From: Octopus sinensis
Lineage: Eukaryota
NCBI RefSeq assembly: GCF_006345805.1
Contig: NC_043010.1
Coordinates: forward strand, 44,082,001-44,146,000
Reading direction: 5' to 3'
DNA length: 64,000 bases
The position numbers were made by a program, and so were the translations under genes. This document shows positions 37,588 through 48,772 of this stretch, one piece after another (the first letter of the stretch is position 1; each line of letters opens with the position of its first letter). The notes under the pieces were generated by a model. The model was not told the DNA's origin, searched no databases, and saw nothing but the letters and a program-made list of their open reading frames with translations.

Positions 37588-37740
37588 AGGAGCAAGCATG
37601 CCTGTGTGGTAAGAAGCTTGGTTCTGGGTTTAGTCACACTGTGAGGCACCTCAGGTCAGTGTCTTCTACTATGGTCTGGGACTGACCAAAGCCTTGTGAA
37701 TAGATTTTGGAAACGGAAACTGAAAGAAGCCTGTCATACA
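37588..37740 (+). mobile_element. SINE family B 5' portion
   Basis: AGGAGCAAGCATGCCTGTGTGGTAAGAAGCTTG...GGAAACTGAAAGAAGCC followed by (TACA)n. Confidence 0.7.
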
Positions 37741-37748
37741 TGCATACA

Positions 37749-37777
<29 letters not shown>

Positions 37778-37784
<7 letters not shown>

Positions 37785-38331
37785 TATGTATATGTAAAAA
37801 AATACAAACTGGGACAAGAACGCAAAACATTTAGAAGACGATTCAAAAAATACGGAGGGACATTCGAAGCCTTCAATCTTCAGTCAAGAACCGGATCATC
37901 CTCGCAATTTCGGCTGATTAATCTTGAGATTGTTCCGATCTGGCCAGCCCCAAAGGAAAATCTAAGCCAAGCGCATTAGATTCCTTAGAAGAAAGCCTCG
38001 AATGTATACAAAACAAGGACGGAAACACGGACGATGTTACACGACGTATTTTTGTATTCTTATTCGTGTAACATCGTCCGTTTTACCGTCCTTGTTTTGT
38101 ATACATTCGAGGCTTTCTTCCAAGGAATCTAATGCACTTGGCTTAGATTTTCCTTTGGGGCTGGCCAGATTGGAGCAATCTCAAGATTAATCAGCCGAAA
38201 TTGCGAGGATGATCCGGTTCTTGACTGAATATTGAAGGCTTCTAATGTCCCGTCCGTGTTTTTTGTATCGTCTTCTAAATCTTTTGCGTTCTTGTCCCAG
38301 TTTGTATTTTTTTACATATACATATATATAT
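37778..38331. repeat. Long fold-back inverted repeat (arms about 265 bp, 19-nt spacer)
   Basis: 37778-38044 is the near-exact reverse complement of 38064-38331; flanked by (TA)n. Confidence 0.92.
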
Positions 38332-38354
38332 AGCGGCGCCTGTACCCTTTTGGT

Positions 38355-38388
<34 letters not shown>

Positions 38389-38441
38389 AATATAACAAAA
38401 CCTGCAGTTGTTTGATATTATTTAGTCATCATTCACCACAA

Positions 38442-38660
38442 AGGCAGCGAGCTGGTAGACTCATTAGTGTGTCAGATGAAATGCTTAGTAGTATTTCATC
38501 TGCTGCTATCTTCTGAGTTCAAAGTCTGCTGAGGTCGACTTTGTTTTTCAGCCTTTCAGGGTCAATAAATTAAGTACCAATGAAACACTGGGGTCACTGT
38601 AATCGACTAGACCCCTCCCCACAAATTTGAGGCCTTGTGCTTCCAGTAGAAAGGATTATT
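38442..38660 (+). mobile_element. SINE family A, near full length
   Basis: AGGCAGCGAGCTGGTAGA...GAGTTCAAAGTCTGCTGAGGTCGACTTTG...GGCCTTGTGCTTCCAGTAGAAAGGATTATT. Confidence 0.8.
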
Positions 38661-38884
38661 TATTTCACCATTACACATGTTTCATTTGCTAATCGGAATT
38701 ACAGAGTACTACATGTTGGATAGATATGCAAGGAATTTCCTAGCAGAAATTCTTCAGACAGAGAAACTAGGAAATACAAATTTTACATTTGGATGAAGTA
38801 TTTATATTTAGATAGTAATCAGGAGCAGTATAGATAGTTAGGATGAAGGAAGGAGAAGCAAATCAGATATTACAGGAAGAAAAA

Positions 38885-39392
38885 GAAGAGAGAAAGTTTA
38901 TGCAATGGCAGTCCTGTGGGTTGTGGAGAGTTGAGAAATTCAACTGGATACTCAACAGTGGCATGTTTGTTGATGGTAGTATCAATGGACAGAAACATCG
39001 AAGCATCTCCAGGTAGAATGTGGAGGAGTTCATGGTTTACTTTATCAATGCTTTCATTCCGAGGTGCTAAAATCTCTCTCTCTGCAAACCGTGCTATGTT
39101 TTTGAAGTTGTCAGGCAATGTGGGAAATAGATTTTCTTTAAGTTTGGCCAATGTAGACACCTTGTGCTCACATTGCAGTACGTGCTGCTGCAGGGTGTAA
39201 TTCAATGGTAAGGCGCCATTTCCAATTTGTAGAAGTTGATGAGAGAACTCTTCAGCTAAGGGATCAGTGTAGAGATGAGCTTGCATATTCTTGCTTAATG
39301 AAAGCTGATGAACAAACCTCCACAGAGGTGAAAACTTCAGACATGCATAGATCTCATCAGCTCACATACCCTGTGTTATGACTGGTAATACT
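38885..39392 (-). mobile_element. Helitron PIF1-like helicase fragment
   Basis: EEFSHQLLQIGNG, EREILAPRNESIDKVN and EYPVEFLNSPQPTGLPLHKLSL are characteristic of Helitron RepHel/PIF1 helicases; upstream ILPVI...ACLKFSPLW continues in frameshift. Confidence 0.85.
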
Positions 39393-40430
39393 TCACAGAA
39401 ATCCCCTGCAAGTGCATTGCCACAAGCTTCCATCTTGCCACAAATCAGAGCAAGGCACCACGGTCAGACAGTAGGTTATTACTGATGCTATAATCATCTG
39501 CATCACCTCCGCCCTCCCTAGCAAGGATAACGCCCGCTCAGACCAGGTCTGGGTTAGAGCAGTCACCTTGCTGGTCACCGCACTCCAATTTTTCTCTATC
39601 TGGAGGTCTGGACCAACCCAGACTCTGAGCAGCTTAACAGGACCTTCCTTGCAATGCCCCATAACTTTATTGGATGCCATCGGCTTGCCCCACCAGGTGC
39701 TGAGTTGCAAACCGACCGACTTGTCCTTGTTAACCTTTGCTCCTGCCATCGCCTTGTAACATTTGGTGGTCTCTTCCACCACTGGAATCTGGCCCTCATC
39801 TGCCACGATGATGGAGATGTCATCTGCATACGTTGTGGCTCCTCTTCCACACCATAGATCATGCGGCGTGCCTCCTAGTGCCTCCAACGTCTGCAGCAAT
39901 GGCTCAAGAGCCAATACATACAAAAGCAGAGACAGAGTACACCCGTGACACACTGAGCACTCGATCTCAAATGCTTTGAAAAGAAACCATTCACTTTCAT
40001 GACAGACTCGATGATGTCACTGTACAATGCAGCAATCCAACCATGGAAGGTTGGGCCCAGGTCAGCCTCCTCAAGGACTGCCACTAAGTACCAATTGTTG
40101 ACCCTATCAAATGCTTTAGACTGGTCTAAATGTACCAGTGACCTCCCCCCCCCTGCGTCAGAAAAATTCCTCACCCTCTCTAAGGGTAAGCATATAAGAT
40201 GGAGATTGTCGTGGAATGACTTGCCTGGGATAGCGCATGTTTGCGCTTCTCCTACAAGTCTGTCCACGACACGTGCCAGCCTTTTCGCTAGCTCCTTGGC
40301 CAAAATCTTTAACTCTGTATTCAACAGAGTTATGGGCCTGAAATTTCCTATTTCATCCCCCTTGCTCAGGTCCTTTCTGTGACTTTCATCACCTGATCCA
40401 GAAATCTGATGTCGCTGCAATTATTTCTGT
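39393..40430 (-). mobile_element. L1/Tx1-clade reverse-transcriptase fragment (frameshifted)
   Basis: NFRPITLLNTELKILAKELAKRL, LDQSKAFDRVN, GCTLSLLLYVLALEPLL, TYADDISII, GAKVNKDKS, WSERALSLLGR. Confidence 0.85.
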
Positions 40431-40887
40431 CTAAGGCATCACCTATGCCTTTGTAGCAGCTGACTATAATAGTTCCTTGTGAACAACCTGATTCTATATG
40501 GGTAACTAGGCTTTATCCTGCTCCACCAAATACTTTAAGCATCTCAGCAGTGATGGGCCAGGGGCTTTCCCTGTCTTTATATCCTTAATTGCTTTATCTA
40601 CCAAGCTAATGTTGATTCAGATAGCTGGTCCCTTAGGTCTACATTCGGCAGACTAGCCTTCTCCCACGCACTCTCTATATTTAGTAGCCTTTGATAATGG
40701 CATTAACAATAAATTTTCCAATGTTTTGTTGTACAATAATTCTACAAACAATATTTCCAGAACTTTTAACTTAAATATGCACTTTGCAGCTACACAAAAT
40801 GACAGCAAGTACATATTGGATTGTAATAATGAAATAAACAGATGTGCTCCAAAAGGAAACAGCTGGAATTTTATGCTACCCACCTAC

Positions 40888-40924
<37 letters not shown>

Positions 40925-40999
40925 ATATTAGGGAATATATCCAAATTTACAGGGAAAAAAATCAGATTTAGGATTAAATCCAATTTTATAGTAAAATAT

Positions 41000-41155
41000 T
41001 ATAAAATATTATTTGAGACAAAACCACTATTTTGCAAAACAAACAAGGAAAGACTTAATCAATACATAAAATTTAATAAATAGATTTATTAAATTTTATG
41101 TATTGATTAAGTCTTTCCTTGTTTGTTTTGCAAAATAGTGGTTTTGTCTCAAATA

Positions 41156-41165
<10 letters not shown>
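41000..41165. repeat. Perfect palindrome (82-bp arms, 2-nt spacer)
   Basis: 41000-41081 is the exact reverse complement of 41084-41165; spacer AG. Confidence 0.95.
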
Positions 41166-41210
<45 letters not shown>

Positions 41211-41854
41211 TATTATGTATGTATGTATATATATTCATGTATGTGTCTTTGTATCTCTGTTTTTCCCCTGCCACTGCCTGGCAGTTGGTGCTGGTATGTC
41301 TATGCCCCAAAACCAAAAAATGTTTGGAGTTGTTGCTGTGCTCACCAAAAATAAGATTTAAGTAACCATTTCTTACGTTGGTACAAGCTCTCAGATTTTG
41401 AGGGGAGGGGACAGTTGATTATATCAACGTCGTCCCCGGTAATTAACTAGTGCTTTATTTTATAATCTCCTGAAAGATGAAAGGCAAGCTGACTTCAGCA
41501 TCTTCTTTACAGCATTCCTTTTTATTAATTGAAATTTCAGAGTTGTCTCCCCTATTTCGGGATAGAGCTATTTTCTCTCTCTTCACAGTGTTGGTCAATT
41601 AAAATGTCTACTGAACTTAATCAGCCATATAAAGTTTAGCTGTTAGACTGTAAAATAATAGTATGGAATGCTGAGAGACTAGCTGAAAGAATACGAAAAA
41701 TAGGCTGGGGAGTTAACAGCTTACACCACTACATGACAGCTGTACCTAGCCAACCCAGGTTGTCAGTAAATGTTATTGTTATAGTGTTTTACAAACTAAT
41801 TTATTCAGTTTTTATCCCTTCCAAATTAAAAAAAAAATTATATATATCTATTTT

Positions 41855-42070
41855 TTACTACCCACAAGGGGCTAAACACAGAGAGGACAGACAAACGGAT
41901 TAAGTCGATTATATCAACCCCAGTGCGTAACTGGTACTTATTTAATCGACCACGAAAGGATGAAAGGCAAAGTTGATCTCAGCGGAATTTGAACTCAGAA
42001 CATAGCAGCAGATGTAATACCGCTAAACATTTCGCCCGGCGTGCTAACGTTTCTGCCAGCTCGCCACCTT
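41855..42070 (-). mobile_element. SINE family A variant copy
   Basis: GGATGAAAGGCAAAGTTGATCTCAGCGGAATTTGAACTCAGAAC...CTGCCAGCTCGCCACC; a degenerate copy also lies at 41370-41500. Confidence 0.8.
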
Positions 42071-43844
42071 AATATATAAAAATAAAATAAAATAAAATAA
42101 TATAGGGAAAGTATATACTATAAGGTAAATAGTATGTGCATACTCCAGTTTAAAATAGAGATTAGAATTTTTCGTTGTATATGTATGAATATCTTTACAT
42201 TCAGCATAATTAGTAATAGTCTTACCACTGCCTTTTATACTGGATTCTGAGTCTAAAGACGAGTGGAGGTAATGAATGACTGTATTTATTTCCTTAAATC
42301 TGATAAGGAAGCACAATTTAAATTATAATAGTAAACAAATATAGCTTATACCAAAACAATGGTACTTATTGCATTTAGAGTTATTCTATATACTGACAAT
42401 ATATTAGCGGATACATTTGCTACTGTATTAGAAATACCTTAATCACTTTTCAGGTGTATCATAATTACTATGATAAAGCATTTGGACTTCATTAGATTGC
42501 AAAAACTAGGTTTCAATTTAATTAGTCATTCAGTACAGAAAGGAGTGTTAAGTATCATTGATATATTTTCCCCTTTTTCTATTCTATGTATAATAATGAA
42601 GGCTCACAGTTTTATTTTCAAATCTATTTTGGTGAAGAGGAAGGAATAAAAATAGGCAACAATCTGGGTGCATCATATTTAGGTAAAAGTGATGTGTCTC
42701 ATTTATTTAATGCTATGGAGAAATGGAATAAGCTCATCCAGTTTTAAACCTGATAAATTGAAATACATTAATGAAACTGATAACAATAACTTCATCTAAT
42801 TGCATAGATGTCAATCTGCCAGTTTTGCTGTCTGCAAATTACCTAATTAGACAAAAATTGCCAGTCAGAGAAATCAACTTCTACTTCATCTCTCTCTCTC
42901 TCTTTCTCTCTCTCTCACCTCCCCCTCTCTCTGTCCCTCCCCCTCTCTCTGTCCCTCCTCCTCTCTCTCTCCAACAATTTGAACCAGTAAATCCTTAAAT
43001 CCTTTCATTGATTGCATTCTTTTAATCCACCTTTAATCCAAACTCAAATTGTTATGGTAACCTTTCCTTATCATCACAGCAACACTAATCTATTGTCAAT
43101 TAATTCCCTTTGGGGGTCATTATTGCAGCATCACCTTGATTTAGCCCTTTCTACACAATTTTTATGCATTGCTACCAAGAACACCAGTCTTGCTAACCAA
43201 CCACTCATGCTACTAAAATCTATTAGACAAAAAATCATAGAGCCAATCAAACAAAGTGAAAGAAAGTAGAAACTTTGGAAAGCAGTAATGGTCTGCATTG
43301 AAAAAATACTAATTACAGACAGTGCATAGCATACAGTAAAGGTGTTTGTTATCAATAAAAGGAGAGGTCTGATATTTTGGGTGAAGCTCATCATTTTGCC
43401 TTCAATAAAAGGCTCTAACAAAAATTTCAGAATCAAACATTCTTCAATCCATCCATCTGCCCGTCTGTCTATCCATCCATCCATCCGTCTGTTTGTCTGT
43501 CTATCTATCTACCCATTCATCCATTTGACTGTCTATCTATCCATCCATCCATTCATCCAGAATGCAAGTGTTGCAATGCACATTATCCAATGCTTTAACA
43601 ACTCTGCTGAATCAATGAAGACAATATTATCAAAACTATGCAGATAATTGCTATCGTATAAACCATGTTTACATATTAAAAAGTGCATAAATGATATATA
43701 TATATGTGTGTGTATGTGTGTGTGTGTGTGTATAAATCTATACTTATTTCTATTTGTGTGTGTGTATACCACTTTACTTTTTCTATCAAGTGTGTGTTTT
43801 CTTATCTAGGGATAGCTAACTGATGTATATATGTATGTGTGTAT

Positions 43845-44860
43845 GTCATTGTTCAGTTTTATTTCAAGATTTCTTTCCAATAGAGAAAGAGCTGGTTTCT
43901 AACCTAGATTCAAGGTTTCTTCAACATCAACAACTAGGTATTTTTGTTTGTATGTATGTATATGTGCAGATTTGTATGTTTTGCTTTATGTACATATTCT
44001 CATGCATATAGTTGCATATATAGACATGCTCATATATATTTAAATGATAAACTTCTGGAGAGTTTTATAGATTTTTACAATTCCAGTGATGGATTGGATC
44101 TGTAGTTATCAAATTAGTATTCTCCTTTCTGGTTTTGAGAAGCCTAATTTCTCAAGATTGGTATTTAGGCAGTGTGTTACATATCCCAGTGCCCTAATAA
44201 TTACAGGTATAAACCTGAACTTGTAATCTGGAGAGAGTAACTGCAGATTTTTCAGTAGTTCAGTGTAGGTATTCTCATTTTCACTGATCTTCAGTTTTAT
44301 ATTAACATCTGTTGGGCAGCTAATTTCCACTACTGTGCAGTTTCTCCTATCCCAAATCCTTATATCAGGACTGTTATGCTTACATTTTATTGAGGTCTTC
44401 AATGAGACATTCCACCAGTACTCCTTCTTATTATGAGTAGCTATGGCTTCTACCATACAGTGGGTTTTATTTTCTTTGTCCTCAGGGTTATCCTTCCAAT
44501 GGATTTCATTATAGAGTGTCCTAGCTACAACATCATGTCTCATTGGTAGATAATACCGTGATGACATTTTCGGACAACTGCTTATGATGTGGGTCATATC
44601 TTTGGTGTTAACTCCACAGATATGTTGCGGCAGAGTTGTGCAACTTCTTTGGGCATGTATTCTTGGTTATCAGATAAACAATGTTGCTCAAGGAGCGGCC
44701 TTCCAAATCTAATGATGTTTATCAGCCTCGTGTATGCAAATTTTGTTAAGGGATGCACTTCGACACTTGGTGGTTAAAAGATGTTACCAAAAGGGTATGA
44801 TATGACATTCAAAGGCATTTTGGATCAATGTTAAGTCTCTGCCACCTTGTTTTCATTTTA
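43845..44860 (-). mobile_element. RLE-type (R4-like) non-LTR retrotransposon 3' end with 3' UTR
   Basis: THIISSCP...RHDVVAR, KHNSPDIRIWD, VVEISCP, FIPVIIRALG (zinc-knuckle end plus PD-(D/E)xK nuclease); 3' UTR shared with 59605-59712. Confidence 0.8.
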
Positions 44861-44865
44861 GATAC

Positions 44866-45090
44866 GTATGTATGAATGTTTGTATGTATGTATGTATGTA
44901 TGTATGTATGTATGTATGTATGTATGTATGTATGTATGTATGTATGTTTGTATGTATGTATGTATGTGTGTGTGTGTATGTATGTATGTATGTATGTTTG
45001 TATGTATGTGTGTGTGTATGTCTGCATATATGTGTGAGTGTGTATATATATATACACACACACACAAATATGCACACGTGCCCATCTGCC

Positions 45091-45178
<88 letters not shown>

Positions 45179-45192
45179 TATGTATGTGTGTA
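44866..45192. repeat. (TATG)n and (CA)n microsatellites
   Basis: Direct reading; source of the low-complexity ORFs at 44809-45223. Confidence 0.95.
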
Positions 45193-46246
45193 TAACAAAC
45201 TGACTTTGAGAACATACTGACAATAATGTCAGAATTATTAAATTACAAAATCCCAGCTTCTAACATCCTGATATCTGTGTGGGGCATCTATACAACTAAG
45301 TACTAAATAATCCTGTGTCAAAATTCTTTTATCAGTGTAATTTAATATTTAGTGTGAACAAGGATAAGTGAGCATCCTACACTCATATGCACTAGCTATG
45401 TTATGTATATGACTAAATTCCATCAATATAATTAAGTTTAATTTATTTTTAGTCAATTCCTGCTAATACAATGACAAAACCTATCAGAACACACAAATAT
45501 ACTTTGACCTAGTTTACTGTATATAAAACTCTCATCTTTGTCATGGAACTAAGGTTAACTTAAGGTCAGCTACAAAATAAATCTTATCTCTAAATCAGAT
45601 TTCAACATATCTCCATCACTTCCCTTTGTACCTTAAACATAGTAGAATGATGAAATAAGCTAGCCATGAATAAATAAGCTCAGGTTGCTTTGAACCACAC
45701 TTTTAGAAAGACACTGAATGAAGGTGCATAGCAGAATACACTGGGTTGCGCACATACTCTGTGCAGCAGAAACACATGTTGGGTCATTTTTAACTAACTA
45801 ATTATACTGTATTACTGACAGTTCAGTGAAGATGTACTAGTCTCTGTATTCTTTGTAATTGTCTGGTATACATACATACATACATACATACATACATACA
45901 TACATTCATTCATTTATGTATTTGTTTTGCAAGATTCCTGATGTAAAATTAAGTGTTTAAACAGATATTGTTATATTTGAGGATGGTTATATTTTTGTCA
46001 ATTAAACACACACACTATATACTTGGCCTTCACTTTAGATTTATTATTAATATTTTAGCATCCTTTATTTAACCTCTTTTGTCACACATCATGTAATCTC
46101 TTCAGTGACTCTTTATCCCATAGTGTCTCCTCTTGTTCTGTATAGTCCATTCTCCAGAGACATGTCAGATAATGAGTTACTGGACCTTTTTCTCTCTTCC
46201 TTTTTTCGATATTTTTTACAATTTCGTGAAATGCTTGAAATTTCTA

Positions 46247-47133
46247 TAAGGGAGTGGGGCAAAATTGGTGACCAGGACAAAATTGGTGACCGGGGCAAAA
46301 TGGGTAGTTACTAATTTCTTGTTATTTTCTCACTACTTGTCTGGAACCATTACATTGCAAGTATTGCATCACCATTTTGTACTGTTTCTTCATGTTTAAG
46401 AGTAAAAGTTGGTTACCATGGTTATTGTTGCAGTTGAGAGAGTTTAAAACATAGGTACTTTTTTTTCAAGAAATTTTTCCTCAGTTTTGACCCAACTGTA
46501 ATTGAGGTTGCTAATAAAATATCTAGATAATTTTTGGTTTTTAACAATCAATATTCTTTTCTTTGTCGGACTGCACATCAAATTTTTTTTCCACATTAAT
46601 ATCCAATTTGATAATTTTCTATTTTCAAAAGATGTCTAAATTGGGGCAAAATGAATAATGACTAATTTCAATAATTTTCTACTTCTCTTTAACTGCATGG
46701 TGTATAAATGTATCAGAAAAAACACAACTCTAGCAGATTATGAAGGCGTTATAGAGAATATCTGATGCTGATTTTTTTTGAGTTTTGTTAATTTCACATC
46801 ATGTGTCATTTTTCCATGATCCTCTTTCATTTGACCTAAATATTTAAAATTTTTATTGAATTTTTGATCTTTCTGATGTCTAAGAATGGACATTGATGTG
46901 TATGAATTTTTTTTCAATTGTAATTCTGGAGAATTGAAGTAGCAAATTTACCTTATTGTGTCTTCCTCATGGTGCCCCACTAAATTTGCCTTCTATATGC
47001 TCAAAGAGAATGGAAATAATTTTCTGAAATAGTGTTCTGAATATTCTATAGTGCTTTTAATGCATTGTAAAAATATATTTTTTCTCAGTCAAAAATGCTA
47101 TGAATATTACTCATTGTACCCCACCAACCCTTA
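46247..47133. mobile_element. Non-autonomous TIR element (pogo/Tc-mariner-like) with subterminal GGGGCAAAAT repeats
   Basis: Left TAAGGGAGTGGGGCAAAATTGGT versus right reverse complement TAAGGGTTGGTGGGGTACAATGAGT; tandem GG(G/A)CAAAATTGGTGACC units at 46256-46305. Confidence 0.55.
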
Positions 47134-47816
47134 CTAGAAACTGGAAAAGCAGACTTTCAGAATAGCTGTTCTATATAAGTTTTGCATTGCAAAACAATGA
47201 AGGAAAGCATTTTTAAAACAAGAATTTTAGAAATTCATATCTTTAAATGTTTGTCTCCCCACCATACTCATCATACCTTTGAAACAGCAACAAAATGATA
47301 TGTTTTTCTTTTTCATAATTTTCGGTTATTTTATAGTATTCTACATTCTGAAACATTTGTGACTTGCGTTAAAAAAAAAAAATTACCCCATCTTCCCTCC
47401 TTTATTGCACTTTTCACAAAGAAGGAGAAGTCAAACTACAAGTGGGTGGACGTGTGAGAAAAAAAACTAGAATTTTGGAAAGTGTATTTATAAAGCGATA
47501 TTTTTGGTCTTTTATTTAAATTTTCTCTGCTAATTCATCAAATTCAATTCCATGCAATAGACAGGTGTTGAGAATTAGATTTGCTAATTTCCCAAGAGTC
47601 TAATTTTGTGTATGAAAGCTCCACTGAAATTGAAGTGCCCCAGGTCCCCCTTAAAATAACTCTGGTCCTGACCTGGAGTTTTCTGTACGATGAAAGCCTG
47701 TATACTCAAATGTACACGTATATATATATAGTGCATTTGTGATCACACCCACACACATATGCACGTTTTTTACGTTAATGAATGAAAATAGAACAGGAGT
47801 CACATAATCACCTTCA

Positions 47817-47864
47817 TCAGCTTACAGCTGTTTCTGCTAAAAGAAGCAGCATATTCAGAGCTGA
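47817..47864 (-). ncRNA. Type I hammerhead ribozyme-like motif (G8 substituted)
   Basis: Minus strand TCAGCT-CTGAATA-TGCT-GCTTCTTTT-AGCA-GAAA-CAGCTG-TA-AGCTGA: 6-bp stem I, 4-bp stem II, palindromic stem III (ACAGCUGU), GUA cleavage triplet. Confidence 0.55.
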
Positions 47865-48104
47865 ATGCTTGTGCAACAGACTGTGGCTTCCTCGGAGCCA
47901 CATATGAAAATAGTTTGTAACTTTCTCTAGATTGTTAATCACCATTGACTGCTTCTTCTTCAAATAATTTGAAAATGAGTCAGCCTTGTGGGATCCAATC
48001 TCCCCCTAGAGTATTGATTTCACTTGCAAATTTCGTGTTTAGAGGGAAGTGGCTTGATTGGAAATTGAATATAGCTTGCTGGTTACTTACTACCATCTAA
48101 TACA

Positions 48105-48145
<41 letters not shown>

Positions 48146-48371
48146 GGACCAATATACTTTAAGAATTTCAAGAATGATGTTCATATAAGAGTTTCTCATT
48201 TCCCGAATGTTTCTTTAATTGCAAACCCAACTGAGTAATTTCCCTATAATTCCTAAACAAAGCTTTAAACTTTATTTTTCAACACTTGATTCCCGAAATC
48301 AATTACACTATCCTTAGACACACCTATTACACGCAAAAGTATATTTGTATTACATAGTTGTGTGAAAAAAA

Positions 48372-48545
48372 AGAGAGAGAAAGAGAAGAGATAGAGAGAA
48401 TAAAGAGAAAGTGGAGAGAGAGAAAAAGAGAGGAGAAAGGGAGAGAAAGTGAAAAGAAAGACAGAGAGGGAAAGAGACGAGAGAGAGAGAAAGGGAAAGA
48501 GTGAGAGAGAGAGAAAGGGAAAGAGTGAGAGAGAGAGAAAGAGCT
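48372..48545 (+). repeat. Polypurine (GA)-rich tract immediately upstream of the LMAN2 start
   Basis: Nearly pure A/G with repeated GAGAGAGAGAAAGGGAAAGA units. Confidence 0.85.
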
Positions 48546-48639
48546 AGCCACAGAGAGGCGTGTAACCAACACTGAAAAGGTAACAGAGCGTTTCGGCATT
48601 CTGGGATAGAATCACGTTTTTCACGTTATTCGACGAAAT

Positions 48640-48772
48640 ATGGCTTCCTTATCGGTCGGTATCGAATGTTGTCTCTTCACCCTTTTATTAACCATCTTTT
48701 CTACAGTCTTAGGAGAATGGAACACAAAAGATTATTTGAAAAGAGAACACACGCTTGTTAAACCTTATTTAG
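48640..48772 (+). CDS. LMAN2: VIP36-like L-type lectin (LMAN2/LMAN2L) exon 1, signal peptide
   Basis: MASLSVGIECCLFTLLLTIFSTVLGEWNTKDYLKREHTLVKPYL-G|GTAAGT; YLKREHxLxKPY is the VIP36/VIPL motif. Missed by the ORF track (<60 aa). LMAN2 and LMAN2L cannot be separated (likely co-ortholog). Confidence 0.88.

Noticed and set aside
37855-37895. CTGAAGA...GAA inside the 37778 palindrome as a possible hammerhead
   Set aside because: No formable stem II or GAAA box, and the other arm reads CTGAATA.
39305-39340. CTGATGA...ACCTC-CACA-GAGGT-GAAA hammerhead-like string
   Set aside because: Four extra nucleotides before stem II, no stem I, and it is the antisense of helicase codons; likely chance.
44809-45223. 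Several 100+ aa ORFs rich in CV/HT/YVCM
   Set aside because: Translations of (CA)n and (TATG)n microsatellites.
46256-46305. Short regularly spaced repeats as a CRISPR-like array
   Set aside because: No unique spacers, eukaryotic context; these are subterminal repeats of a TIR element.
33441-48639. Shared bidirectional promoter for ABCB10 and LMAN2
   Set aside because: The start codons are 15 kb apart and separated by repeats; each has its own CpG-enriched region.
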